A stretch of 64,000 nucleotides of DNA from Candidatus Obscuribacterales bacterium (GCA_965228855.1 CBDDIJ010000003.1:1952001-2016000); one strand, 5' to 3'. Positions 39,001-47,238 are shown, numbered from the stretch's first letter. Made by a program: numbers and translations. Notes: generated by a model not told the origin, from the sequence alone.

Positions 39001-42000
39001 GCTAAGAACCGGCTTTCCATCAGGCCCTTGCTTGATTTCTTTGCCCTGCTTCAAGGCTTCGGTCAGCAATGCCATCGCAGGGACAGCTTCAGCGACGTCT
39101 TTGTCACTGAGCACATAATCAGTTCTGGCAATAAGTTCTTTGTAGAGATCTTTTGTCTCTTGTACCTTCGTGAGATCTCTTCGGTTCTCTTCAATCTTTT
39201 TGCTGAGATCCTCGTTAGACATCTTGGCAAAGCGCGGGTCGCCTTTGAATGCGGCAGCTTCGGGCTGCGGCGCAGCATCGGTGCCAGGAGCTTGTGGTTG
39301 GGCGTCGGTTCCAGGTGCCGGCGTCTCACCACTGGCTTCGGGCGCCGGAGGTTTTGCCGCTTCAGGAGCTTTCACAACCGGCTCAGGAAGAGCACCGATT
39401 GCAGCAGTGTCGAGCCCGACCTTCTTAGCCAGGTCGTTGACGGGCTGACTGTTCGCAAGCAATGCTTCACGAGCGCTCTTCGGTACAGCGCCGAAGCCTT
39501 CGGTCAGAGACTGCTTAGCGCCGGCCAGGTCGCCGGTTTCAGCTTGCATGTTTGCGAGTATCGCTCTTGAATAGAACAAGTTTTGACCAGTCGCAATCAC
39601 ATCTGCGGAATGAACAGCGATAGCTGATTGCACTTCGAACAGGGCCGGTCCTTTATCGCCGATCAACTGCGTGAGACGCTCTTGATCTTTGAACCAATCC
39701 GGCTGCGCTGCTTTCAAAGCGTCCGTTGCTGCCTTACGTTGATCGTCAGTCAGGGCAGGGTTCTTCGCGTTGTTAGCGTTTTCAACATCTGTTGGCGAGA
39801 ACTTCTTCTCGGCTTCGGTCATGCGCGTCTGCAGTTCGCCGAATTCTTTGCGAGCCGCAGGATCTTGCGGTAACAAGGCTTCGTATTGCGCGGACAGGTC
39901 CTTCGAGCGCTGCGTCACTTGCGCATACTCGGTGTCGGACATTTGCTGCAAAGTTTTCAAAATAGGAGTCATGCGAGTGACTACGTCTTTTTTGAACTCC
40001 GGCTTCGCCGACGCGAAGAGGAAGTTCGACTCCTGCAGCAGGTCTTCGGTGCGCATGCACTTTTCATAGTTGCCGCTTCCGCGCGCCTGATTTTGTTTGA
40101 CAGCTGCGTCAAGCAAGTCGATCGGATTGGCTCCGGCCGCCATCGCCATAGACCGGAATCCATCGCGTTGGTCGGGAAGTTGGTTCCACGCATACGCCTC
40201 GGTGGCCCACTTCTTCGCGCCTTCGGGATCGTTTGCTTGCGAAAGAATCTCAGCGTACATATTGCGAGCAACTGCGGACTGATTGACTTCCGCGGGAATT
40301 TTCGCATTGGTCATATTCAGTTCGAGCAACGAAGTGCGAACTTGCGTCATGACCTGATCGCGCTCGGTAAGCGCATCAGTGAATGCTTTATTGTCCGGAA
40401 CCAGAGCCTTGAGTTGAGCGACGCGCTCTGCATACTGGGTGTCGGTCAGCGATTGATCGAGACTGTCGTAACCAGACTGGACCTGCTGTCTGTACTCTTG
40501 TGTTCTCAGATCTGAACGATATTGCTGAGTGCGGAACTCTTCATCGGTACCTTTGAAGTCCGCCGGCTTAGCAGCGCTCGTTTTGTAATCCGCAGGAGGC
40601 GTAGCGTTGGCAACCTCATCAGAGGCTTTGAACGCCGCAGGCGGAACGAGCTTATCAATTATTCCTTCTTTTGTTTTGACGACGACTTTCTTAGTCGCGT
40701 CGTTCGGATCGGGCTTCTCTTCATAGGTTCCGCTCATCGATTGATCGATGCGACGTACCGCGCCGGAGACCGTTTCCTGCGTATTGCCGACCTTGGCATT
40801 CAGGAAGTCCGTTGTTTGTTTTTCTAAAACTGCCTGGCGATCCTGAAGTTCTTTGATCTTTGGCGAACGACCTTTGTCCGCTTCAGCGATTGCCTTCTCA
40901 ATTTCCGTGCGTTGCTCTGGCGTGAGCTTCTGGCCTTCAATGGCCTTATCGATCCAGAATCCGACGCGCTCAAGCGGCGATCTGCCCTGGTCGTCTAATT
41001 TGGAGAACGTTACTGTTCTCTCCGTGCCCTTTTCCTTTGCTGCTTCCGCCGGTGCTGGTGCGACCTCTGCGGGTTTCGGTGCCTCTACTTTTTCCGGAGC
41101 TGTGCCATCTCCTGGTCTTGGTGGGTTGGCTTGCGGCGGTGGTTCGACTGGTGCGGGTACCGGATCGCCACCCTCGGTGCGTACAGGCGGTCCGCGCATC
41201 GGATCCAAACCGACTGCTTTCGGGTCGACTCCTGCTCTCTGAACAGAATCTCCCATCAGCTTCCATATATTGACGTTCAAGCGGCTGCTGATTTCGTTGA
41301 CGCGAGCGCCAAGGTTGGGATCCTTAGATAGGTAGCCCTCCGGCGGCAACACCTTAGCATCGATAAGCGACTTCTCGTTTTGAAACGCCCGAGCGAAGCA
41401 CTCACTGGCTTTCGTCATGTCGCCGGCTTGGGTCCAGATGAGACCGCTGTTGACCTCGGTGAACATATCAACGCGACCAAGCGTGCGTGTCTTGCGCTCC
41501 AATTCTTTGAGAGCTTCGAGTTTCTTAGCGTCTTGTTGTTCTGCCGGCTTATCTGTTTCAGCCTTAATAAGTTGTTTTAGTTGAACTTCTTTCTCGAGAA
41601 ACAGCTTTTGTTCCTCAGGCGACACAATGTCGGCTGCTGCCCTGTAAGCATTTGTCGCTTCCAGCGGCATGCCCTGCTTGAGGAAATGCGCTCCATTCTC
41701 GATGTGTGTGACCATTTTTGCCGACTTGTCGTCGACGAGCGCTTTAAAGGTTGGATCTATAACTCCTGCCAGCACATCGGTCGGAGCAACCGGAGTGTCT
41801 TGAACATCCTTTCCGGGAGCTTGTTTATCAGTGGCGGCTGGTGGCGCTTCCGGCTCTTTGAATAATGGATTGTCGCCATCAGCCTTGGCGGCTGGCGGAG
41901 TTACTTCGGCGGCCGGTTTCGGCGTTTCAGCATCTGGTTTTGGCGTTTCTGTGGCCGGCTTCGGCGTCTCTGCAGCAGGCTTGGGAGTTTCAGCTGCCGG

Positions 42001-42195
42001 TTTCGGCGTCTCGCCAGGAGGAGTCGTCGCAGCGGCTGTATCGGTCTTTGTCTCGCCTTCCTTCTTCGCCGGCGGCAAACCCATCACATCGTCGAGGAGA
42101 CTGTTACCTGTTCCGGTCGTGTTCTCTGTCGTTTGAGCCTTGTCGACCGGAGGTTTCTTGTCCTTCCCAGCATCGGCCGCAATTTCGTTACCCAT
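36004..42195 (-). CDS. Giant hypothetical protein A (about 2063 aa): repeated helical TPR-like modules, Pro-rich linkers, hydrophobic segments
   Basis: Uninterrupted 6.2-kb ORF; ATG 42195 with GAGG upstream; no signal peptide. Confidence 0.9.
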   Translation of the reverse strand: MGNEIAADAGKDKKPPVDKAQTTENTTGTGNSLLDDVMGLPPAKKEGETKTDTAAATTPPGETPKPAAETPKPAAETPKPATETPKPDAETPKPAAEVTPPAAKADGDNPLFKEPEAPPAATDKQAPGKDVQDTPVAPTDVLAGVIDPTFKALVDDKSAKMVTHIENGAHFLKQGMPLEATNAYRAAADIVSPEEQKLFLEKEVQLKQLIKAETDKPAEQQDAKKLEALKELERKTRTLGRVDMFTEVNSGLIWTQAGDMTKASECFARAFQNEKSLIDAKVLPPEGYLSKDPNLGARVNEISSRLNVNIWKLMGDSVQRAGVDPKAVGLDPMRGPPVRTEGGDPVPAPVEPPPQANPPRPGDGTAPEKVEAPKPAEVAPAPAEAAKEKGTERTVTFSKLDDQGRSPLERVGFWIDKAIEGQKLTPEQRTEIEKAIAEADKGRSPKIKELQDRQAVLEKQTTDFLNAKVGNTQETVSGAVRRIDQSMSGTYEEKPDPNDATKKVVVKTKEGIIDKLVPPAAFKASDEVANATPPADYKTSAAKPADFKGTDEEFRTQQYRSDLRTQEYRQQVQSGYDSLDQSLTDTQYAERVAQLKALVPDNKAFTDALTERDQVMTQVRTSLLELNMTNAKIPAEVNQSAVARNMYAEILSQANDPEGAKKWATEAYAWNQLPDQRDGFRSMAMAAGANPIDLLDAAVKQNQARGSGNYEKCMRTEDLLQESNFLFASAKPEFKKDVVTRMTPILKTLQQMSDTEYAQVTQRSKDLSAQYEALLPQDPAARKEFGELQTRMTEAEKKFSPTDVENANNAKNPALTDDQRKAATDALKAAQPDWFKDQERLTQLIGDKGPALFEVQSAIAVHSADVIATGQNLFYSRAILANMQAETGDLAGAKQSLTEGFGAVPKSAREALLANSQPVNDLAKKVGLDTAAIGALPEPVVKAPEAAKPPAPEASGETPAPGTDAQPQAPGTDAAPQPEAAAFKGDPRFAKMSNEDLSKKIEENRRDLTKVQETKDLYKELIARTDYVLSDKDVAEAVPAMALLTEALKQGKEIKQGPDGKPVLSDEPLSPERRLQIHDNMFRDMMSMNLQASVRLEFAQFLKQAGQYKDAEAAGIEARDKSERLTTPVKVDGKDVKIVDLMNQEAARLIEDMPLIPNSVVEMPDGSKSTLRQQMQKVYTAIKGEDVDSGFVKSPINTNKFLAQLYLGTEIVPKLNDKGEIAGIQEIKFGQGSAFKPDLAIDPAQRALQHTKDILGVDPLDAKTAKDNPGVASLFGVLADVMDNPEKYKLYVGKKGETFTNEKGEKVYLQGGELVGKNDGGVPVLIDMHSIKNLNQQIRKDSTFDSILVDAGIVIGVLGTMAATRNPKVAAFFERSMGSYGRYAGAMLKVAEYSAPVAGVVARNQAFYAMTGVKESWTDSIVHVGGSLAAAEVGGRLSGRGSFLTGASKGPRQFALMDTKASAEFYAREGYETTGKLMDLLKSQGYINEAKAFVNMPRGTKLLAEGVLDPTVAAALEKAQLTGARTGSVAEAIMKDAKTSSGIKPDALAARIAKADAGGVKTVGDLKKMVRNDQAALQELAQKTNGLADNANIQEALADIATTPQGQQLLATAERYGVTKVGQAHKLAAETEKLSFKNIFPKLDEMQSAGLTVEKGGKTVQAITDATKLTDVVGMGTRVLEGPGLQRLLSLVPATERTAMLTPAALKEVMAASPLTGERSIISRLSSGAKATKDGAYSAWNTVTTKQGWANMGSATMETIAPLGSKNFYLKTIPGKAYDAGAYTAGKLDGARRVVTDRFQFTAVDPAKATPEVLARARSASGFYGALGAAGTYNTVVKPYDMTGQLFGVTLPQGGDAHPVYADPKGEDYTWLSALKESHFPTVEGVNPEELPVYARWMVPVASAAVGTPGQALFGSMFMKPGAIYKPVWSNPEYGNFRKTMQSVFPLSPTRWNNWNAGALSGPTMAAGGVFAGTMLPSTVDGLGPRLNVGRYKDLLRNAQKPIDNTPLPPQRTTIEEAQEQVPPKAEVPQPATPTEAPKPATPTETPKPKPNGEVEEPPPPGG
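36049..36105 (-). repeat. 27-bp coding tandem repeat (PKPATPTEx, two units)
   Basis: CTCAGTCGGAGTCGCCGG at 36061 and 36088, each preceded by CGGTTTCGGAG. Confidence 0.85.
41908..42012 (-). repeat. 21-bp coding tandem repeat (ETPKPAA-like, five units)
   Basis: ETPKPAA ETPKPAA ETPKPAT ETPKPDA ETPKPAA with synonymous codon variation. Confidence 0.9.
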
Positions 42196-42361
42196 GACCC
42201 TAAAACCTCGCCAAATTAATCGCAGGAATACTACTGACACCAACCCATCGTGCCCAGCTTATTTATCATTCCCTATTTTGTATGTGGGGAAACTACGTAC
42301 CGAAGCTGTCAAGAGGCACTGATTTTATCTTTCGGGCGAAAACGCCTGGTTGATTCAGAGG

Positions 42362-42390
42362 TCTATACGGCTGCCGAAATTTTTGGACAA
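42362..42390 (-). promoter_or_regulatory. Bipartite promoter-like motif TTGTCCAAAA-N10-CCGTATAGA
   Basis: Blocks identical to 32265-32293 with a different spacer; just past the mutS2 stop and upstream of gene A. Confidence 0.7.
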
Positions 42391-42404
42391 GCCCGCAAAA
42401 TTTA

Positions 42405-44831
42405 TTAGAGCGTCACGATAGTGACGCCGTCGCCGCCCTCGTAAAGCTCGCCTGGCTTGAAGTCTGCGATGTAGCGGCAGCTGCGGAGGAAGTCTCGCAC
42501 AGCGCTTTTCACGGCCCCTGTGCCGTGCCCGTGAATTATCATGGCGGGACTGATGCCCTCGACGCTGAGCGTATCGAGAAAGCGCTCAACTTTTGACAAG
42601 GCAGCATCGACGCGTTCACCGCGAAGATCGATGGTGTTGGAAGAGGTTCGGATAAACGCATCGAGCGATTTGTCGCTCGCTTTGACTACTCGGGTCTCCG
42701 ACTTCTTCATGTTGCCGCGAGGACGTTGACCGGGCAACTTTCGCTGTTTTTGCACTTGTCTCTGATATGGTCGAAGTTCTTCCACTGCCACCTTGACTCG
42801 CATATTTCCAAGTCGCACTGTAGCTTGAGCATGCCCTCCATCTCCGGAGGCCAGGGACTCGACGAAGCCGATCTGGTTGAGCGAAAGAACTTTCACTTCC
42901 TGTCCTTCCTTGATCGGCTCCGACGATTGCTCGCGTTTCTTCACCGGTTCCATCCAGCCCAGATCTTTCTTGATGACTTCCAGCTTCTCGCGCGCCTCTT
43001 GAGCGTTCTTCAGGCTCGGACTGGCCTGAAGTTCCTTAGTCATATCTCGAATCTGTTTCATCGCCTCGGAGTATCGCGTTTCTAATTCAGAAGCGTATTC
43101 AACTCGCTGCGCCTCGAGTTCAGCAAGAAGTTCTTCGCTCGATTTGTCGAACTCGCCTTTTTTCACGGTGAATTTTTCTTCTTCGCGCAAAAGCAGGGCT
43201 TCTCGATCGTTTACGGCTTGGGTTCTGCGCTCTAACTCTGCCATAGCCTGACTGAGCTCTTCTTCGCGACCAGCAAGCAGACTGTGAGCGCGCTCCACTA
43301 CTTCGGAGTTCAGCCCGAGTCGCAGAGCAATCGCAGTTCCTTTGGAACTACCGGCGACACCAAGTCTGAGACGGTAAGTGGGACTGAGCGTTGTCTCGTC
43401 GAACTCTAAACTTCCGTTGACAAAACCGGGCTCAGAATAGGCTAACATCTTCAGCTCACCATAGTGAGTAGTCGTGACCGTGATCGCACCGCTACGGTTC
43501 AAATGTTCCAAAACAGCTCGCGCCAAAGCGGCGCCTTCCTTGGGATCCGTTCCCACACCAATTTCATCGAGCAGTATCAACATGTCACCACCAGCGGTAT
43601 CAACCACTTCGACGATGTTTTGCATGTGGGAAGAGAATGTTGAAAGGCTCTGAGTCAGCGACTGCTCATCACCGATGTCCGCCCAGACCTTTTTGAAGAT
43701 TGGAACTTTAGACCCTATTTTTGCAGAAATCAAAAGACCGGTCCGCACCATCAGCGCCACCAGTCCCAACTGCTTTAACAGAACCGTTTTTCCACCGGTA
43801 TTCGGTCCTGTAATGACGAGGGTTCGCTCATCTCCGCCTAAGCGAACGTCACTCGGCACAACCTCTCGTTCATTTTGAAGCAGCAACAGTGGATGTTTCG
43901 CAGCATTCAGAACTAAACTGCCATCCTCACTGAGTTCGGGTCGAACACCTTTGTATTTTAGACCCAGTCGTGCTTTTGCAAGAATTACATCAAGGGCTGT
44001 CAGAGTTTCAAAACTGGAAATCAACGCGTCTATGTGCTGATACGCCAATTTGCATAACTCTGCGGTAATACGTTCGATTTCACGCTCAATCTCCGCTTCT
44101 TTAATTCGAATTTTATTTGTCGGCTCGACTACGGACAGAGGTTCGACATAAGCAGTCAGTCCGGATTGAGAGGCATCATGAACGATACCATCTACGGTGC
44201 CACGGTGCGCGACATCCACAGGCAAAACATAACGACCTCCGCGCTGCGTAAATATAGGTTCTTGCAGGGCTTTTGAAAGAGCGGCCGAGTGAATCATACG
44301 GTTTAACGTAGTGCGAATATCTCCGTGCAATTTGCGCACGCTCGTGCGAAGACCGCGCAGTTCCGGACTGGCATCATCCTTGATACCACCCTGTTCGTCC
44401 ACGCAACGATCGATCTCACTGCGCAATGCTTCAACCGGAAAAATCATTTCGGCATACGACCGCAAACGAGGAAAAGACTCATCCGGAAGAAGAGTGAGAG
44501 AGCCTTTCACCGACTTTGCGGTCGTCAGCATAGATTTAATCGCGAGCAAATCTGCCGGTACTAAACGCCCCTGAGCTTGAACCGAGCCCAGAATGTCCCG
44601 CAGATCAGGCACAACGTCCGACATCAAAGCAGCTCTATTTCTGATTATCGTCAGAGCTTCGTCGGTTTCATCTAAAAGTTTGGCGACTTCTAGCGGATCG
44701 TTGGAGCCTTGAAGTTCCAGGCAAAGTTCTTTGCCCCAGTCCGAATGAGCTTCCGCAGACAAATACGCAAGCAAGCGATCCCATTCAAGTGAGCGCAATG
44801 ATCTACTGTCGATATCGAATGACTGTTCCAT
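42405..44831 (-). CDS. mutS2: Endonuclease / ribosome-collision factor MutS2
   Basis: GIVHD-S-SG-T-Y-EP, ITGPNTGGKT, DIGDEQS, LLDE-G-GTDP-EG, TTHY, C-terminal Smr domain IIHGHGTG...GGDGVT. Confidence 0.97.
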   Translation of the reverse strand: MEQSFDIDSRSLRSLEWDRLLAYLSAEAHSDWGKELCLELQGSNDPLEVAKLLDETDEALTIIRNRAALMSDVVPDLRDILGSVQAQGRLVPADLLAIKSMLTTAKSVKGSLTLLPDESFPRLRSYAEMIFPVEALRSEIDRCVDEQGGIKDDASPELRGLRTSVRKLHGDIRTTLNRMIHSAALSKALQEPIFTQRGGRYVLPVDVAHRGTVDGIVHDASQSGLTAYVEPLSVVEPTNKIRIKEAEIEREIERITAELCKLAYQHIDALISSFETLTALDVILAKARLGLKYKGVRPELSEDGSLVLNAAKHPLLLLQNEREVVPSDVRLGGDERTLVITGPNTGGKTVLLKQLGLVALMVRTGLLISAKIGSKVPIFKKVWADIGDEQSLTQSLSTFSSHMQNIVEVVDTAGGDMLILLDEIGVGTDPKEGAALARAVLEHLNRSGAITVTTTHYGELKMLAYSEPGFVNGSLEFDETTLSPTYRLRLGVAGSSKGTAIALRLGLNSEVVERAHSLLAGREEELSQAMAELERRTQAVNDREALLLREEEKFTVKKGEFDKSSEELLAELEAQRVEYASELETRYSEAMKQIRDMTKELQASPSLKNAQEAREKLEVIKKDLGWMEPVKKREQSSEPIKEGQEVKVLSLNQIGFVESLASGDGGHAQATVRLGNMRVKVAVEELRPYQRQVQKQRKLPGQRPRGNMKKSETRVVKASDKSLDAFIRTSSNTIDLRGERVDAALSKVERFLDTLSVEGISPAMIIHGHGTGAVKSAVRDFLRSCRYIADFKPGELYEGGDGVTIVTL

Positions 44832-44948
44832 AAAATTCTGAAGAGCTACTGTTCAACAGTTTCTTCATTCAATCCAGTCAGATAGACAGTTTATTCAACT
44901 CAAACTCTTGGAAGCGAAAGTTGCTTATATGCAATGAGAAACGTGCTG

Positions 44949-45239
44949 TTAATTGAGGTCTGCTGCAGGAACCGAAGGTTCCGGGAAATTGGGCGCATCA
45001 GGCGATGCCAACGCTTCCATTCCAAGATTTCCCATCAGCTTTTTCAGTCTGATCCGTTGCAACTCGTAGCAACGATTATTACGCTTGTGCACTACACCTA
45101 TACGCTCCAATTGCTTGATAGCGTCTAAATGATCATCAGGCACAGAACCTACATCAACGGATCCCTTTTCACTGAGCCAGCTAATAGTGGGCGAGAGCGT
45201 CCCCAGAAGCTTGCGCATTGGTTGTTCAAAGACGGGCAT
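44949..45239 (-). CDS. Small hypothetical protein, possibly winged-helix-like
   Basis: CAGGAG RBS; AIKQLERIGVV...Y-L resembles a wHTH tail. Confidence 0.55.
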   Translation of the reverse strand: MPVFEQPMRKLLGTLSPTISWLSEKGSVDVGSVPDDHLDAIKQLERIGVVHKRNNRCYELQRIRLKKLMGNLGMEALASPDAPNFPEPSVPAADLN

Positions 45240-45494
45240 AGCAAACTCTCCTGTATCTTGGGGTTAATTTTAACATCTTTGCATCCAGAAAACTCGTTTC
45301 CCGTTTCTATGCGCAGGATCTCCAACACGCATCCACTGCGTATTCTTTCGATACCGAATTTATTTATTAGCGGCGTAAAAGGTGACCAGCTTCGGCTTTT
45401 GAAGCTTCTTGAATAAACCGTTTAAAAGGTTTACAGAAGGCATGCTTAGACATTCAAAGTGATTAGAATGCGCAACATTTTAAGGAGCTGATCG

Positions 45495-46022
45495 GTGCTG
45501 TACCGTTATTTGCAATTTCGACCGGACATAGACAAGTCAGTTTTCATCGCGCCGAACGCAGTTGTGATCGGGCAAGTGACGATCGCAAGCGGAGCGAGTA
45601 TCTGGTTTCACACCCTCATTCGCGGCGATATTAATACGATTGAGATTGGCAAAAACAGCAACATTCAAGATGGCTGCACGATGCACGTAACTAACGAACA
45701 TCCGGTAAAAATCGAAGAACGAGTCACAGTAGGTCACAACGTGATTCTGCATGGATGCCACGTGAAATCAGACTGCCTGATCGGCATGGGTTCGATTCTT
45801 CTCGACGGAGTGGTTATCCACGAAGGTTGTTTGGTGGCAGCGGGTTCGGTAATTTCTCCGAATACTGTTGTCCCCGCAAATAGTCTTGTCATGGGAGTTC
45901 CCGGCAAGTTCGTCCGCACGCTGAGCGAGAGTGAACGCGAGCGCATGTCGCAGAACTGGAAAAGTTATGTCGACTATTCGAAGACATATCAGGATGCATC
46001 GGTGTTTGAACGAATCGATTGA
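45495..46022 (+). CDS. Gamma carbonic anhydrase family (YrdA-like) hexapeptide-repeat protein
   Basis: IRGD-N-I-IG--SNIQD---H, TVGH--ILHGC, LIGMG; AAGGAG RBS. Confidence 0.93.
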   Translation: MLYRYLQFRPDIDKSVFIAPNAVVIGQVTIASGASIWFHTLIRGDINTIEIGKNSNIQDGCTMHVTNEHPVKIEERVTVGHNVILHGCHVKSDCLIGMGSILLDGVVIHEGCLVAAGSVISPNTVVPANSLVMGVPGKFVRTLSESERERMSQNWKSYVDYSKTYQDASVFERID

Positions 46023-46087
46023 AAAAAACATCAATCTGTTGAGATTTAATTTCCAAAAATCTAATTGCTTGAATAGAACTGATCGCG

Positions 46088-47236
46088 TTGTGTGGGAATC
46101 AGATCGTGACGAAGTTCTCTGCGGAGTCCTCCGCAATTGGCGGTAGAAATGAACAAGCGAATGCGAGCGACAACTCGCGCTTGCTGTTTGACGCACTGTC
46201 CGCGGTACGACCAATTGATCTTTATACGAAGAACAAAATCACAGGCAGATTGACAAGCCAGGATATTCCAGGCTCCACTGTTGACGCCCCAGACGTTCAC
46301 GACGCATCAAAGCAGTCCGACGTATGCATTGCAGAAGTGGACAAAGTGGCAATCCCCACCCAACTTCCCTACGGCACGACAAACCTTCTAGATTGCACGC
46401 AGTACTCCAAGGGGTCCGAAGAAGCGCTCAACTTCAACACGGTGAAATCTTCAATTGTGAAAATAACTGGTGAGCGATCGGGCGATGGCTGGAAAAGTTC
46501 GCCCTACGCCTCAGGTTTTATCGTCACCCCCGACGGCATGGTTGCAACAGACCTGCACATACTACGGAATTTGAACGATATTCGCGTTTCAACGGAAAAC
46601 GGAAACAGCTACAAAGCCACAATCGCTGCGGTCGACCGAAGACACGATCTCGCGATCTTACAACTGGAGCGGCCGCGAAATGAGTTGTTCAATGCAATCA
46701 CACTAGGCTCTTCTCAGACATTACAGCCCGGAGCAGATGTCACAGCCTGGGGCTTTCCATTAAATTCAAACCGCTTGTTCATGTCGCCGTCTTTTCAGAA
46801 CTTCGGCTTTCGCGAGCGCCGCCCGTTGAAACAAGCACTGGAAACTGGCGCAGGAAAAGCGCTTTCACCGTTGGAATTGAACGGATTATTACTAGCCGGT
46901 GAGAATTCGGACCGCGAAGTTTTGGAAAGTACAAATCTCGTTAATAGCGGAAACTCCGGCGGTCCGCTTACTGACTCATCCAATCAGGCTGTTGGAATTA
47001 TCGGTTTGTCGGACAAAAGTTATACGGCCATTGCGACGCCGGTGGAACCAATTAAGCGACTCCTTCAGTTCGCGCGTCAGGAGCGCGGGAAGACGGACGC
47101 CAAAGTCTACTTCGACGAGCATGACATCACATACAGTGGCACCGCCGAAATGTCTCAGGAGCGACTGAATCTCAGGGCACAAAGATTGGAGATAAAAACC
47201 AACCTCAACTCCATTGCCACAACTGGCTGGTCGTAA
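46088..47236 (+). CDS. Trypsin-like (HtrA-type catalytic domain) serine protease without PDZ or signal peptide
   Basis: SGFIV, TDLH (His), DLAIL (Asp), GNSGGPL (Ser). Start uncertain. Confidence 0.88.
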   Translation: MCGNQIVTKFSAESSAIGGRNEQANASDNSRLLFDALSAVRPIDLYTKNKITGRLTSQDIPGSTVDAPDVHDASKQSDVCIAEVDKVAIPTQLPYGTTNLLDCTQYSKGSEEALNFNTVKSSIVKITGERSGDGWKSSPYASGFIVTPDGMVATDLHILRNLNDIRVSTENGNSYKATIAAVDRRHDLAILQLERPRNELFNAITLGSSQTLQPGADVTAWGFPLNSNRLFMSPSFQNFGFRERRPLKQALETGAGKALSPLELNGLLLAGENSDREVLESTNLVNSGNSGGPLTDSSNQAVGIIGLSDKSYTAIATPVEPIKRLLQFARQERGKTDAKVYFDEHDITYSGTAEMSQERLNLRAQRLEIKTNLNSIATTGWS

Positions 47237-47238
47237 CT

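Noticed and set aside
41908..42012. Regularly spaced repeats as a CRISPR array
   Set aside because: In-frame coding repeats without spacers; no cas genes in the window.
36000..42200. Many 100-210 aa plus-strand ORFs opposite giant gene A, and similar ORFs opposite other genes
   Set aside because: Antisense shadows from codon bias; no motifs or RBS support.
42362..42390. Shared motif as a sigma28 (TAAA-N15-GCCGATAA) or sigma54 promoter
   Set aside because: Spacing and sequence fit neither consensus.
29232..42404. Genomic island or prophage interpretation of the large-gene locus
   Set aside because: No integrase, tRNA, att repeats or phage genes seen; no obvious composition shift by eye (not computed).
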